From positions 1 through 55,915 of the forward strand of contig JAPXRP010000002.1 of the NCBI GenBank assembly GCA_033813475.1: a stretch of 55,915 bases of DNA, written 5' to 3'. Each line of letters opens with the position of its first letter. The stretch's first letter is position 1. The translations under genes and the position numbers were made by a program. Positions 1 to 11,340 of the stretch are shown here, piece by piece. The DNA is from Candidatus Hydrogenedentota bacterium (GTDB lineage: Bacteria; Hydrogenedentota; Hydrogenedentia; Hydrogenedentales; CAITNO01). Under the pieces are notes generated by a model. That model was not told the DNA's origin, ran no database searches, and saw nothing but the letters and a program-made list of their open reading frames with translations.

Positions 1-148
1 GGCAAGAACCGGGCCAAAAGAATGCGCAGGAGGGAATAGGCCGCAAGTGATTTTATGGAAGCAGGTTGCGTCAGAGAGAGGGGACGAAGAAGAAAGGGTA
101 TAGACGCGTAAGCGCTACTATATAGACGCTTCAATAGACGCGCAGACG

Positions 149-1530
<1,382 letters not shown>

Positions 1531-1534
<4 letters not shown>

Positions 1535-2805
1535 AGGCGGAAGACCTCCATCGCGTTCTCGCGGAGGATGCGCGCGGCGACGCGCTTCGCCTCGTCCAGG
1601 GAAAACGCGCCCCCGTCCACCTTGTCCGCCAGCACGCGCGCGGCGATGCGCCGGGCAAGGTTGCAGTGGCCGTAGGCGCCCTCGGCGTAGTTGCTGTCGC
1701 CGCCGACGGCGAATATCTTGTTCGACGGGATCACGTCGAGCCACTCGTCGAGGATGCGCGCGGCGGACGCGGGGGACACCACCTGAATCCAGCACAGGTC
1801 GGCGTAGACATTGGGAAAATACTTGGCGAGGGCGGCCGTCTCGCCCGCCCACGGCCAGCCCGCGTGGAACAGCGCGAAGCGCGCGTCCGGAAAGTCCATG
1901 AGGAGGTCCGTCAGGAGCAGGGGGTGCGAGTTTTCCAGATGGTTGCCGTTGCCCTCCTGGAGGCCCGTGTGGATCTGGACCGGCAGGCCGCGCTCCGCCG
2001 CCAGGGCGACGATGCGGCGCATGACGAAGTCCTGGAGGGGTTTCAGGTCATCCTGCGCCAGGTCGAGGGCCTGCGAGAGCCACACGCGGTCAAAGGCGCG
2101 GGCCGCGTCGGCCTTCGGGATCCGGTCAAAGCGCAGGCTGCGGCGGTAGGCCAGGAAGATCTTCACCGCCACGATGCCCTCCTTAACAAAACCGTCCAGC
2201 CGCGCCTCCAGCGCCTCCAGCAACTGGTCCAGCGTCTGGATCGCGCGGCCCGTCTCCGCCTCCAGGGCGTTCAGCTCGGCCCGCGTGGACACCATGGCGA
2301 AGTGGTCCAGAATCGGCACCGCGCGGAACAGCTCCCGGTCCACCGCCACGGACTGCCCCGGCCACCGGATCACCAGCGCGCGGTCAATCCCCGCCTTCTC
2401 CCGCAGGACCGTGCGGTACCAGCCCGGTTTCCGCGCGGCGCGGATGCGGTCGCACAGGGTCCCGATGGTGTCGCGCCCGATCTCCGCCACGCCGAAGAGG
2501 TCGGCCATGTACTCGGTCATCGCGCGGCCGTAGCCCGTCGTGCGGACGTGCGGCCACCACGGCGCGACCAGGTCCCAGCGCTCCCCGTCCGACAACCCGT
2601 TCCCCGCTGTGCGCACCCGCTCCAGCGTTTCCCGGGGCATCCCCGCCGACACGAAATCCGACGAGACATAATGCTCCAGAAACCCGAAAAAGCCCAGCGG
2701 GTCCGCGCAGGCCACCGCCTCGTCCGGAATGTGCTCATGCGTGTCCACCACCCGCAGGGCGGTGATGAAGGGGGAAAGCTCCCCGAAAGCGGCGGTCTGT
2801 GTCAT
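1531..2805 (-). CDS. Amidohydrolase-family metal-dependent hydrolase
   Basis: Metal-binding start motif VVDTHEHIP plus a TIM-barrel amidohydrolase-like pattern (QIHTG..., HAGWPW). Start set at ATG 2805 ([10 protein letters not shown]). The 88 upstream codons of the track ORF are Pro/Arg-rich read-through. Confidence 0.8.
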
Positions 2806-2867
2806 GGCAGCAAGGTTCCTCCTGGGACAAAGGGAGATTATACGCGCCCAGGCACACCGCAGGGGAA

Positions 2868-2903
2868 ATGGACGGGATGGACGATATGGACGCGATGGAC
2901 ACA
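2868..2903. repeat. 4 x 9-bp tandem repeat ATGGACnnn in a divergent promoter region
   Basis: ATGGAC starts at 2868, 2877, 2886 and 2895, an exact 9-bp period. It lies between the divergent starts at 2805 (-) and 3024 (+). Confidence 0.6.
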
Positions 2904-3023
2904 ACGACCCAACGCGCGCGCCCCGAGGAGCGGGAACCGTGCCGGGAACTTGGCCGCTTCGGTCGCGGCGCGTTCTGGTAAGATTTCCCGGCTGGCGGGG
3001 CGGGCCCGCGGGGAGTTGCGCGC

Positions 3024-4817
3024 ATGGGTGTGAAGACGAAGGCTTCGGGCGGCGCGGGATGCCTGGCACTGTTTGCGCTGCCGTTTGCGGCGGTGGGCGT
3101 GGGGGCGCTGGGGATGTTCGCGTGGACCATTTCTTCGTGGGTGTCCATGCAGTCGTGGCGCGAGACGCCCGCGCGGATTGACCGCGTGGAGCTGGTGGCG
3201 GACGACTCGGGCGACAGCACCACCTACCGCGTGGAGGCGGAGTACGCCTACGGGTGGGAGGGGCGGGAATACTGCGGCGACCGGGTCTCCATGCACACGG
3301 GGAGCGACAACATCGGGTCGTTTCACCAGCGCGCGGCGGCGGAGCTGGGGGAGCACCGCGACAGCGGCCGCCCGTTCCCCTGCTTTGTGAACCCGGACGA
3401 CCCGTCGCAGGCCGTGCTCTACCGGAACCCGCGCATCGAGATGCTGGGGGCCATGCTGCTCTTCGGGCTGGTGTTCGGCGGGGCGGGCTTCGGCATCCTG
3501 GGGGCGGCGTTCTTCGGCGCGCGGGAAAACCGCGAGACGGCGGCGCTGCGGGGGCGGCATCCCGACGCCCCCTGGCGCTGGAAGAAGGAGTGGGACGCGG
3601 GGGTCATCTCGGCCCACAGCAAAGGAAAGATGATCGGCGCGTTTGCCTTCGCCGCACTGTGGAATCTGGTCTCGTCGCCCGTGCTGTTTTTCGTGCCCGG
3701 CGAGGTGCAGGGGGGCAACCTGGCGGCGCTGATCGGGCTGCTGTTTCCGCTGGTGGGGCTGGGGGCCATTGTCATGGCGGTCTACTTCGCCCTGCAGTGG
3801 CGGCGCTACGGCGACACGGTGTTTGAGATGGACGCCGTGCCCGGCGTGGTGGGCGGGACGCTCTCCGGACGGGTGCGCATCCCCACGGTGGTGCTGCCGG
3901 AGGAGGACGCGGTGATGGCGCTGGAATGCGTGCGCCGCCGCACAACGGGTTCCGGCAAGAACAGAAGCACCTCGGAGACCACCCTCTGGCAGGAGGAGCG
4001 CTCCGTGCCGCGCGGCGCGCTGGTGCAGGAAAGCCGCGCCACGCTCGTCCCGGTGCGCTTCCTCATCCCGCCGGAGCAACCCTCCACGGACGAAGAGGAC
4101 TCGGACAACCGGCTCCTCTGGCGGCTGCGCGCGCGGATGGCGGTGCCGGGGGTGGATTTTTCGGCCGCGTTCGAGGTGCCCGTGTTCCGCACGGCGGAAA
4201 GCCCCGCCCCGGGGGAGACGGCGGGGGACAACGGCACGGCGGTCATGGCGCTGGACGAGGCGGGCAACGCGATCCCCGACCCCGCCGCGCCGGACCCGGC
4301 GAAGACGGGGGAAGTCCTGCGGCGCGCGGGCGTGCTGACGGCGCCCGCCCCCGGCGGCGGCATGGCGCTCGTGTTTCCCATGTTCCGCCACCCCGGGATG
4401 GCGCTGGGCACCCTGGCCATCACGGCGGTCTGGGGCGGCGTGGTCGCGCTGCTTGTCCATCTCGGCGCCCCGCTGTTCTTCCCCCTCGTCTTTGGCCTGT
4501 TCCTGCTGCTTCTGGTGTGGATGACGCTGGAGGTCTGCTTCGGCAGCAGCCGGGTGGAGGTGAGCCGCGACGGGCTCCGCGCGCGGGGCGGGCTTTTCGG
4601 CCTCGGCGCCGAGCGGCGGCTGGCCTTCGGCGACGTCGCCGGACTGGACCTCCAGAGGACCATGCAGGCCGGAAACACCCTCTATTATTCCGTCTTCCTC
4701 CTGCGGGGCGGCGGCGGCAGGATCCGCATCGCCAGCCATCTGCGGCAGGACGCCGCCCGCGCCGCCGTCGCCGCGCTGGAGACGGCCCTCCGGGACTACG
4801 GCGGGCCGCCGGCATAG
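3024..4817 (+). CDS. Multi-pass membrane protein with DUF3592-like N-terminal module
   Basis: TM helix followed by [14 protein letters not shown]...[23 protein letters not shown], which fits the DUF3592 pattern, then several further hydrophobic helices. Function unknown. Confidence 0.6.
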   Translation: MGVKTKASGGAGCLALFALPFAAVGVGALGMFAWTISSWVSMQSWRETPARIDRVELVADDSGDSTTYRVEAEYAYGWEGREYCGDRVSMHTGSDNIGSFHQRAAAELGEHRDSGRPFPCFVNPDDPSQAVLYRNPRIEMLGAMLLFGLVFGGAGFGILGAAFFGARENRETAALRGRHPDAPWRWKKEWDAGVISAHSKGKMIGAFAFAALWNLVSSPVLFFVPGEVQGGNLAALIGLLFPLVGLGAIVMAVYFALQWRRYGDTVFEMDAVPGVVGGTLSGRVRIPTVVLPEEDAVMALECVRRRTTGSGKNRSTSETTLWQEERSVPRGALVQESRATLVPVRFLIPPEQPSTDEEDSDNRLLWRLRARMAVPGVDFSAAFEVPVFRTAESPAPGETAGDNGTAVMALDEAGNAIPDPAAPDPAKTGEVLRRAGVLTAPAPGGGMALVFPMFRHPGMALGTLAITAVWGGVVALLVHLGAPLFFPLVFGLFLLLLVWMTLEVCFGSSRVEVSRDGLRARGGLFGLGAERRLAFGDVAGLDLQRTMQAGNTLYYSVFLLRGGGGRIRIASHLRQDAARAAVAALETALRDYGGPPA

Positions 4818-4890
4818 GGGCGGGGGGGCGGCGCGTGTGGTATCATTCGGGGCTCATGGCGGCCCCGGGGCCGCCGCAGCGGAGGACATC

Positions 4891-5847
4891 ATGACGCGGG
4901 TAAATCTGGTCACGGGGGGCGCGGGCTTCATCGGGTCGCACCTGTGCGAGGCGCTGCTGGCGCGGGGCGAGGAGGTGCTGTGCCTCGACAATTTCTTCAC
5001 GGGGCGCAAGGCGAACATCGCGCATCTGGCGGGCAACCCGCGTTTTGAGCTGATCCGCCACGACATCACGCACCCGGTGGTGCTGGAGGCCGACCGCATC
5101 TTCAACCTGGCCTGCCCGGCGTCGCCGGTGCACTACCAGCACAACCCGGTGAAGACCATCAAGACGAACGTCATGGGGGCGCTGAACACGCTGGGGCTGG
5201 CGAAGCGGGTGGGCGCGCGCATCCTCCAGGCCTCCACGTCGGAGATTTACGGCGACCCGGAGGTGCACCCGCAGGTGGAGAGCTACTGGGGCAATGTGAA
5301 CACCATCGGCCCGCGGAGCTGCTACGACGAGGGAAAGCGGGTGGCCGAGGCGCTGTTCTTCGACTACCACCGGCAGAACCGCGTGGACATCCGGGTCATC
5401 CGCATTTTCAACACCTACGGCCCGCGCATGCTCGTGAACGACGGCCGCGTGGTCAGCAATTTCGTCGTGCAGGCGCTGAGAAACGCCCCCATCACCCTCT
5501 ACGGCGACGGGTCGCAGACCCGCTCCTTCTGCTATGTGGACGATCTGGTGCGCGGCATGACCGCCATGATGGACTGCGAGGGGTTCCACGGCCCGGTGAA
5601 CCTGGGGAACCCCGGCGAGTTCACCATCCGCGAGCTGGCCGAGATCGTCATCGAGCTGACAGGATCCCGGTCCAAGCTGGAGTACCAGCCCCTGCCGGTG
5701 AACGACCCCACCCGCCGCCGTCCGGACATCTCCCTCGCCCGGGAAAAGCTCGGCTGGGAGCCTGCGGTCCCCCTCCGCGAGGGACTCAGGCCCACAATCG
5801 CCCACTTCGACGCCCTTCTCTCCCAGGGGGACGCCCCGGACGCCTGA
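4891..5847 (+). CDS. UDP-glucuronate decarboxylase (UDP-xylose synthase), extended SDR
   Basis: Rossmann motif [12 protein letters not shown], then [39 protein letters not shown] and YDEGKR, all typical of UXS. Start at ATG 4891. Confidence 0.9.
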   Translation: MTRVNLVTGGAGFIGSHLCEALLARGEEVLCLDNFFTGRKANIAHLAGNPRFELIRHDITHPVVLEADRIFNLACPASPVHYQHNPVKTIKTNVMGALNTLGLAKRVGARILQASTSEIYGDPEVHPQVESYWGNVNTIGPRSCYDEGKRVAEALFFDYHRQNRVDIRVIRIFNTYGPRMLVNDGRVVSNFVVQALRNAPITLYGDGSQTRSFCYVDDLVRGMTAMMDCEGFHGPVNLGNPGEFTIRELAEIVIELTGSRSKLEYQPLPVNDPTRRRPDISLAREKLGWEPAVPLREGLRPTIAHFDALLSQGDAPDA

Positions 5848-5886
5848 GCGGGCCGGTCCGCAGGACGGGGGCTTTCCGCGCCTCCG

Positions 5887-6672
5887 TCACTTCTTCAGCA
5901 GCCGGTCGAGCACGCCGGAGACGGCCTTCTCCTCGGCGGAACCGGCCTTGAGGTCGAGCAGGGTGGCGGCGGTGCCGCCGCTGAGGAGGTCCTTTTCGCC
6001 GAGTTTCAGGGTCTGGCCGACGCCGTATTTCATGACGAGCTGGGCGACGGTCTTCTTGAAGAAGGTGTTGGCAATGCCGCTGGTGAGCGGGCCGCCCACC
6101 TCAAGCTTCACGTTGTCCATCTTCGCGTCGGCCTTGCGGCGCTCGGGGATCACGCCGATGTCGTAGCCCTCGGGCTTCAGGAGGAAGTCCAGGGGCAGTT
6201 TGCCGTCGGTGAAGGTGGCGCCGAGGGGGATGACCCCCATCTTGGTCCTGGCCTCGATGGACAGGCCCAGCGTGGCGAAGTCGAGGAGCGCGGGCAGGCC
6301 GGGGCGCTCCGCCTCCACCCAGAGCGCCTTGGGCTCGCGGGCGACGCGGAGGTCCTTGAAGCGCAGCTCCTTGACATACAGCTCGATGTCGCGCTTGCGC
6401 AGCTCCTCGGTGCCCTCGATGAGCTCCAGGGGCACCCGCTGGAGGTCCCCCGGGACCTTCACGGTCATGCCGCCAAAGCGGGTGCTCTGGGCGAAGAGGT
6501 CCACCAGGTCGAGCTGCTCGCGGACCTTGGCCAGCGGCGGCTTCCATTCCTCCAGGGTTTCCGGGTCGGCCTTGGCCGCCGGGGCGGCCGCCGCCGCGGG
6601 AGCGGGGTCTTCTGCGACCGCCGCGGGCGCGGCGCCCAGCAGCAGGGCCAGGGCAAGAAAAAGGGGCTTCAT
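5887..6672 (-). CDS. Secreted hypothetical protein (possibly lipid-binding DUF2993/LmeA-like; unsure)
   Basis: Signal peptide MKPLFLALALLLGAAPAAVA. GGAGG SD 8 nt upstream of ATG 6672. Lies 20 nt downstream of ubiE on the same strand. Confidence 0.55.
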   Translation of the reverse strand: MKPLFLALALLLGAAPAAVAEDPAPAAAAAPAAKADPETLEEWKPPLAKVREQLDLVDLFAQSTRFGGMTVKVPGDLQRVPLELIEGTEELRKRDIELYVKELRFKDLRVAREPKALWVEAERPGLPALLDFATLGLSIEARTKMGVIPLGATFTDGKLPLDFLLKPEGYDIGVIPERRKADAKMDNVKLEVGGPLTSGIANTFFKKTVAQLVMKYGVGQTLKLGEKDLLSGGTAATLLDLKAGSAEEKAVSGVLDRLLKK

Positions 6673-6692
6673 GTACGGTGCCTCCAGGGGTC

Positions 6693-7424
6693 TCATCCGG
6701 TTTCGGGGCGGACCGCCTCGTAAATCGCCGCAATCCCGAAAGTGAGCGGGACCGCGCGCGGCGCGGAGAACCCCGCCTCGGCCATGAGGGCGCAGAACGC
6801 CCCGCCGTAGGGAAAGGTCTCCACGGTCCTGTTCAAATAACGGTAGGCGCCCGCCTCTCCGGAGACAAGCCCGCCCACGCGGGGCAGGATGTGCCGGAAG
6901 TACAGCAGGTAGCCGGCCCTTAACAGGACGCTTTTGGGCAGGGAAAATTCAAGGATGAGCGCGCGGCCGCCGGGACGCAGCACGCGGCGGATTTCCCGGA
7001 GCGCGCCGAGGGTGTCCGTGACGTTGCGGATGCCGAAGGCCATGGTGACGGCGTCGAAGGCGCCGTCGGCAAAGCCGAGGCGGGTGGCGTCGGCGCGGAC
7101 CAGGCCGCACCTCCCCCCCTGCCGGGCCACGGCCACCTTGCAGCAGCCCCGGCGCAGCATGCCCGCCGACAGGTCGGCGCCGACGGCCAGCCGGACGCCT
7201 TCGCGGCGCGCGAGGGTCAGCAGGACGTCGCAGGTGCCCGTGGCGAGGTCCAGCACGCGGGCGGCGCCGGGGGGGACCATGCCCGCCAGCCGCCGCCGCC
7301 AGGCACGGTCGCGCCCGGCGGAAAGCACCGTGTTCGCGCGGTCATAGGTGCAGGAGATGCGGTCGAACATCTCGGGCACGTCGTTGCGCGGGGGGCCGGG
7401 GGGCGTGCTGTGTTCTGCGGGCAT
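6693..7424 (-). CDS. ubiE: Demethylmenaquinone/ubiquinone C-methyltransferase
   Basis: FDRISCTYDRANTVLSAGRDRAWRR, SAM motif VLDLATGTCDV, AFGIRNV, and RVLRPGGRALILEFS...YLLYFRHILPRVGG. ATG 7424 is preferred (AAGGGA SD) over GTG 7445. Confidence 0.85.
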   Translation of the reverse strand: MPAEHSTPPGPPRNDVPEMFDRISCTYDRANTVLSAGRDRAWRRRLAGMVPPGAARVLDLATGTCDVLLTLARREGVRLAVGADLSAGMLRRGCCKVAVARQGGRCGLVRADATRLGFADGAFDAVTMAFGIRNVTDTLGALREIRRVLRPGGRALILEFSLPKSVLLRAGYLLYFRHILPRVGGLVSGEAGAYRYLNRTVETFPYGGAFCALMAEAGFSAPRAVPLTFGIAAIYEAVRPETG

Positions 7425-7494
7425 GGGCGTGTTCCCTTCGGGCACCGCTGATGCTACCCGAGGGCGGATTGTTTCCGCAACCGCGCGGCGGACC

Positions 7495-8133
7495 TCAACC
7501 GGCCGGGGCCGGGGCGGGAACGGCGCCCGCAGGGGCGGCGGCCTTGGCCGCCTTGTGCGCGGCGTATGCCGCGGGGTACGCCTCGAGAACCCACTGTTTG
7601 AACGGCCTGCCCGCGCCGCCCTTTTCGTAGAGGGTCAGCAGCCCGCCGATGGGCGCGTCGTTGAACATGGGGCCGAACTGCTTGCGCGCCGTGGCGACGT
7701 CCGCGCCCTTGAGCAGGAGGTAGACCGCCGCCGCGACGCCGGTGCGGTGGGTGCCGCCCTGGCAGTGGGCCAGGAAGGGCTTGCGCCCCGTCTCCAGCAC
7801 GCTGATGTACCGCGCCAGCGACTCGGGGTCGGGGAGGCTGTTCTTGGACCAGCCGAAGCTCTCGTGGGCGATGCCCGCCTCGGCGCAGGCCTTGGCCTCC
7901 TCGTCATACCACGACGAGCCGGGGTTCTGCCCGCGCATGTTGAGCAGGGTCTGGATGTTGTGCTTCTTCGCGTAGCGCTTGATGGCCGCGCCGCTCATCT
8001 GGCGCGACCCGTAGAAGGCGCCCTTCTCCACGGTGCGCCAGTTGTGCCCGGGAAAGTATGCGTACAGCGGAATGGCCAGCACCGCGAGGCTCACCCCCAC
8101 AATGCCGCCCACAATCTTGAGAAACGTGTTCAT
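7495..8133 (-). CDS. Membrane-anchored Cys-based protein phosphatase (tyrosine/dual-specificity-like)
   Basis: N-terminal TM helix [20 protein letters not shown]. Active-site CX5R loop [11 protein letters not shown]. Start at ATG 8133. Confidence 0.75.
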   Translation of the reverse strand: MNTFLKIVGGIVGVSLAVLAIPLYAYFPGHNWRTVEKGAFYGSRQMSGAAIKRYAKKHNIQTLLNMRGQNPGSSWYDEEAKACAEAGIAHESFGWSKNSLPDPESLARYISVLETGRKPFLAHCQGGTHRTGVAAAVYLLLKGADVATARKQFGPMFNDAPIGGLLTLYEKGGAGRPFKQWVLEAYPAAYAAHKAAKAAAPAGAVPAPAPAG

Positions 8134-8224
8134 GTGTCTGCTCCCAGCCGCGCCGGGACGGGATGCCCCGGACAAGAGGGGATTGTACCGCCCTCCGCCC
8201 GCCGTGGGCAAGGCGCTCCCGGGG

Positions 8225-8276
8225 CATGACTTTTTCCGGCAGCCTGTCCCATAATCACAGACTGAACAGTGTTCAG
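8225..8276 (+). promoter_or_regulatory. Possible sigma-70-type promoter (ATGACT-N18-CATAAT) followed by a perfect 7-1-7 palindrome CTGAACAgTGTTCAG
   Basis: Palindrome at 8262-8276, read directly from the sequence. It lies about 120 nt upstream of the pseudopilin ATG. The promoter hexamers are weak. Confidence 0.3.
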
Positions 8277-8393
8277 CGCGCCCTTCCGGGGGGCGGTGGA
8301 CTGCGTGGTGTGCCGGCCGTAAACGCCTTGAGGACCGGATGTCCGGAGAGGCGACGTCATTCAATTGTCATCAACGTCATAAGGAATCACGGC

Positions 8394-9383
8394 ATGAAAA
8401 GAAAGGGCTTTACGCTGATCGAGCTGCTGGTCGTGATTGCGATCATCGGCATTCTGGCGGCGATCCTGCTGCCCGCGCTGGCGCGGGCGCGCGAGGCGGC
8501 CCGCCGGTCCTCCTGCCAGAACAACCTGAAGCAGTGGGGGCTGGTGATGAAAATGTACGCGAACGAGTCCAAGGGCATGAGCTTTCCGCCCATTGCCGCG
8601 GGCGCCTTCAATGAGATCAACGGCGGCTTCTATGCAACGCTGGACATGGGGCCGCGCGTGCCGAGCATCTACCCCGAGTACCTGACAGACCCGATGATCG
8701 TCTTCTGCCCTTCGGACCCCGGCCTGGGGGACTCCATTGAGAAGTCGAAGTACAAGAGCGGCCCCAAACAGGGCCAGTGGTGCTTTGACGTGATCGGCTG
8801 GGTGGACGAGTGCATGCGCGCCATAGACTCCAGCTACCTCTACATGGGCTGGGTCTTCGACCGCACGGACGAGAAATACGGGGTCACCCCGGTCGCCCCG
8901 GTGGCCTCCATTCTTGGCGCGCTGGTGGACTTGACCGGCATAGACACGACCGGCGACGGGCCCACCCAGCTGGTGAATGCGCTCCTGCAGATGATGGGCA
9001 CCTCCACCATCCAGGCCTTCCTGAACAGCAACGACGCGGGCATCATGAGCAGCCTGGACAGGGACATCACGGGCGATCTGATGACCGGCATCGGCAACGG
9101 CGGCGGGAACACCGTCTACCGCCTGCGCGAGGGTATCGAGCGCTTCCTCATCACGGACATCAACAACCCCGGCGCAAGCGCCCAGGCCCAGAGTCAGGTT
9201 TTCGTGATGATGGACATCGTGGCCACCAGCACGGGGACCTTCAACCACATCCCCGGCGGGTCGAACGTGCTCTACATGGACGGCCATGTGGAGTTCATCC
9301 GCTACCAGGAGATCAACGGGACCGCCCCAGTCATCGGCGCCGTGGCCAACGTGCTGGGCATCATCACGCCCGGCCTGAGCTAG
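8394..9383 (+). CDS. Pseudopilin-like protein: prepilin-type N-terminal cleavage/methylation domain + DUF1559
   Basis: [46 protein letters not shown] is the classic type II/IV pilin leader plus DUF1559 start. C-terminal [23 protein letters not shown] precedes ATG 8394. Confidence 0.85.
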   Translation: MKRKGFTLIELLVVIAIIGILAAILLPALARAREAARRSSCQNNLKQWGLVMKMYANESKGMSFPPIAAGAFNEINGGFYATLDMGPRVPSIYPEYLTDPMIVFCPSDPGLGDSIEKSKYKSGPKQGQWCFDVIGWVDECMRAIDSSYLYMGWVFDRTDEKYGVTPVAPVASILGALVDLTGIDTTGDGPTQLVNALLQMMGTSTIQAFLNSNDAGIMSSLDRDITGDLMTGIGNGGGNTVYRLREGIERFLITDINNPGASAQAQSQVFVMMDIVATSTGTFNHIPGGSNVLYMDGHVEFIRYQEINGTAPVIGAVANVLGIITPGLS

Positions 9384-9466
9384 AAGATTGCGGCGGGGCG
9401 GTCGTACAGGCCGCCCCGCCGTCCACAACCCCAAGGCCGCGCCGGAGCGCGCGGAAGGAGTGTTTC

Positions 9467-9889
9467 ATGAAGAAGGTTGCCGTGTTTTCCGTGGTGCTGG
9501 GAATGGCCGTCCTGATGGCGGCGGGCTGCGCCACGACGGCCAAGGGCCCGTCCGACGAGGAGCAGATCCGCCAGCGGGTCGAGGAGGGCCTCGCCGGCCT
9601 GAAGGCCAAGAACTACGACCTGTTCGGCGGCATGGTCTCCGAGAGCTTCTCCAGCGGCGCGGTCGGCGACAAGAACGACCTGCTGGACTACCTGAAGAAC
9701 GCGGACGACATGGGCTTCCTCGACGGGCTGGAAGTGAGCCTGGAAGACGCCGTGATCACGGTGGAGGGGGAGACGGCGACACTGGAGCCTGTTGACGCGT
9801 CGGGCTCGTTTGGCAGCCTCAGCCTGAGCTTTACGGGCGTCAGGGAAAAGGGCGTCTGGATGGTCTCGGGCGTCGAGCCCGGATACTGA
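9467..9889 (+). CDS. Small lipoprotein, function unknown
   Basis: Signal peptide with lipobox LMAAGC. AAGGAG SD 7 nt upstream of ATG 9467. Only the last 140 codons of track ORF 8810..9889 are used. Confidence 0.65.
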   Translation: MKKVAVFSVVLGMAVLMAAGCATTAKGPSDEEQIRQRVEEGLAGLKAKNYDLFGGMVSESFSSGAVGDKNDLLDYLKNADDMGFLDGLEVSLEDAVITVEGETATLEPVDASGSFGSLSLSFTGVREKGVWMVSGVEPGY

Positions 9890-10069
9890 TCCCACTGGCC
9901 AATCCTCCGGTGAGAGCGGAGAGGCGGGCCGGCCCCGCGCGTTCTTGCGCATGCGCGGGGCCGGCCTTTGTCTTGTGCGGCGGCCGCGGCCCGGGCATAA
10001 TGACACCCATCCTGCGGCGCGCGGGTCTATCCCCGTGGCCGGCCGCGTCAACAAAAAGGAGCCTGTCCG

Positions 10070-11233
10070 ATGAAGCAATCCCCCAAGCACGCCCTTCTTG
10101 CCGCCGCGCTGCTGTGCGCGCTCTGCGCGGGCGCCTTCGCCGCCGACAAGGCGACGGAGGTCCGCTGGGACCTGGAGGAGGGGCGCTGGAGCGCCGAAAA
10201 GGCCAACCAGTGGCACGCCGGGCACCGGTGGATGGCCGGGGCCAACTTCTCGCCAAGCACGGCGTCGAACCAGTTTGAGATGTGGCAGGCGGAGACCTGG
10301 GACCCGGAGACCATTGACCGGGAGCTGGGCTGGGCCGCCGGCCTCGGGTTCAACGTGATGCGCGTCTACCTGCACGACATGGTGTGGGCGGCGGACCCGG
10401 CGGGCTTCGAGCGGCGGATAGACGAGTATCTCGCCCTCGCGGACAAGCACGGCATCACCACCATGCTGGTGCCCTTCGACAGCGTGTGGGACCCCTTCCC
10501 CAAGCCGGGGCCCCAGCCGGAGCCGGTGCCGCATGTCCACAACTCGCGCTGGGTGCAGAGCCCGCACATTGACGTGCAGAAGGACCCGTCGAAATACGAG
10601 GAGCGCCTGAAACCCTACCTCACGGCGATCCTCACGCGCTTCAAGGACGACCCCCGCGTGCTCGCGTGGGACCTCCTCAACGAGCCGGGAAACCCCGTGC
10701 CGCAGTACCAGCCGAAAGAGGGCTGGACCCACGCGGAAAAGGAGGCGGCGCACCTCATCCTGCTCAACAAGCTCTTTGACTGGGCGCGCGAGGTGAACCC
10801 CTCGCAGCCGCTGACCGCCGGGGTGTGGGTCGAGGTGGGCCGCCGCCGGGGCCCGCTGCCCGCCCTCGACAGGGTCATGCTCGAGCGCTCCGACATCATC
10901 ACCTTCCACACCTACGACCCCCTGCCCCTGGCGAAAAAGGCGGTCGAGTGGCTCAAGCCCTCGGGCCGTCCGGTGATCTGCACGGAGTACATGTCGCGCG
11001 GCTCGGGGAGCACCTTCGAGACCGTCATGCCCTACTTCAAGGAGCAGAACGTGGGCGCCATCAACTGGGGGCTCGTCAGCGGCCGCTCGCAGACCATCTA
11101 CCCCTGGGACTCGTGGAACAAGAAGTACACCGAAGAGCCGACGCCGTGGTTCCATGACGTCTTCAGGAAGGACGGCGCCCCCTACTCCGAAAAGGAGGCC
11201 GCCCTGATCCGCTCCCTCACCGGCGCAAAATAG
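10070..11233 (+). CDS. Secreted TIM-barrel glycoside hydrolase (GH5-like)
   Basis: Signal peptide ...ALCAGAFAADK. GFNVMRVYLHD and the catalytic-acid context WDLLNEPGN are typical of clan GH-A enzymes. Substrate not inferable. Confidence 0.7.
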   Translation: MKQSPKHALLAAALLCALCAGAFAADKATEVRWDLEEGRWSAEKANQWHAGHRWMAGANFSPSTASNQFEMWQAETWDPETIDRELGWAAGLGFNVMRVYLHDMVWAADPAGFERRIDEYLALADKHGITTMLVPFDSVWDPFPKPGPQPEPVPHVHNSRWVQSPHIDVQKDPSKYEERLKPYLTAILTRFKDDPRVLAWDLLNEPGNPVPQYQPKEGWTHAEKEAAHLILLNKLFDWAREVNPSQPLTAGVWVEVGRRRGPLPALDRVMLERSDIITFHTYDPLPLAKKAVEWLKPSGRPVICTEYMSRGSGSTFETVMPYFKEQNVGAINWGLVSGRSQTIYPWDSWNKKYTEEPTPWFHDVFRKDGAPYSEKEAALIRSLTGAK

Positions 11234-11340
11234 GGGGGCGGTTCGCTTGGGCATGACCGCCTGCTCCCGATGCGCGCGCGGTTGCTTTGCCCCGCGGGAA
11301 AGGATATAGTGCAAAATCACTTGTGCGAGGAGTCCCGCGC

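Noticed and set aside
2868-2903. Tandem repeats here, at 100-149 and in the REP clusters, considered as possible CRISPR arrays.
   Set aside because: The repeat units are 8-9 nt, or are long palindromes present once or twice. None shows a regular 25-40-nt repeat alternating with unique spacers, and no cas genes are present.
8262-8276. Palindrome CTGAACAgTGTTCAG considered as a LexA/Cheo-type SOS box.
   Set aside because: It contains GAAC-N3-GTTC, whereas the Cheo box is GAAC-N4-GTTC and the E. coli type is CTGT-N8-ACAG. The spacing fits neither, so I keep it only as an unassigned operator-like palindrome.
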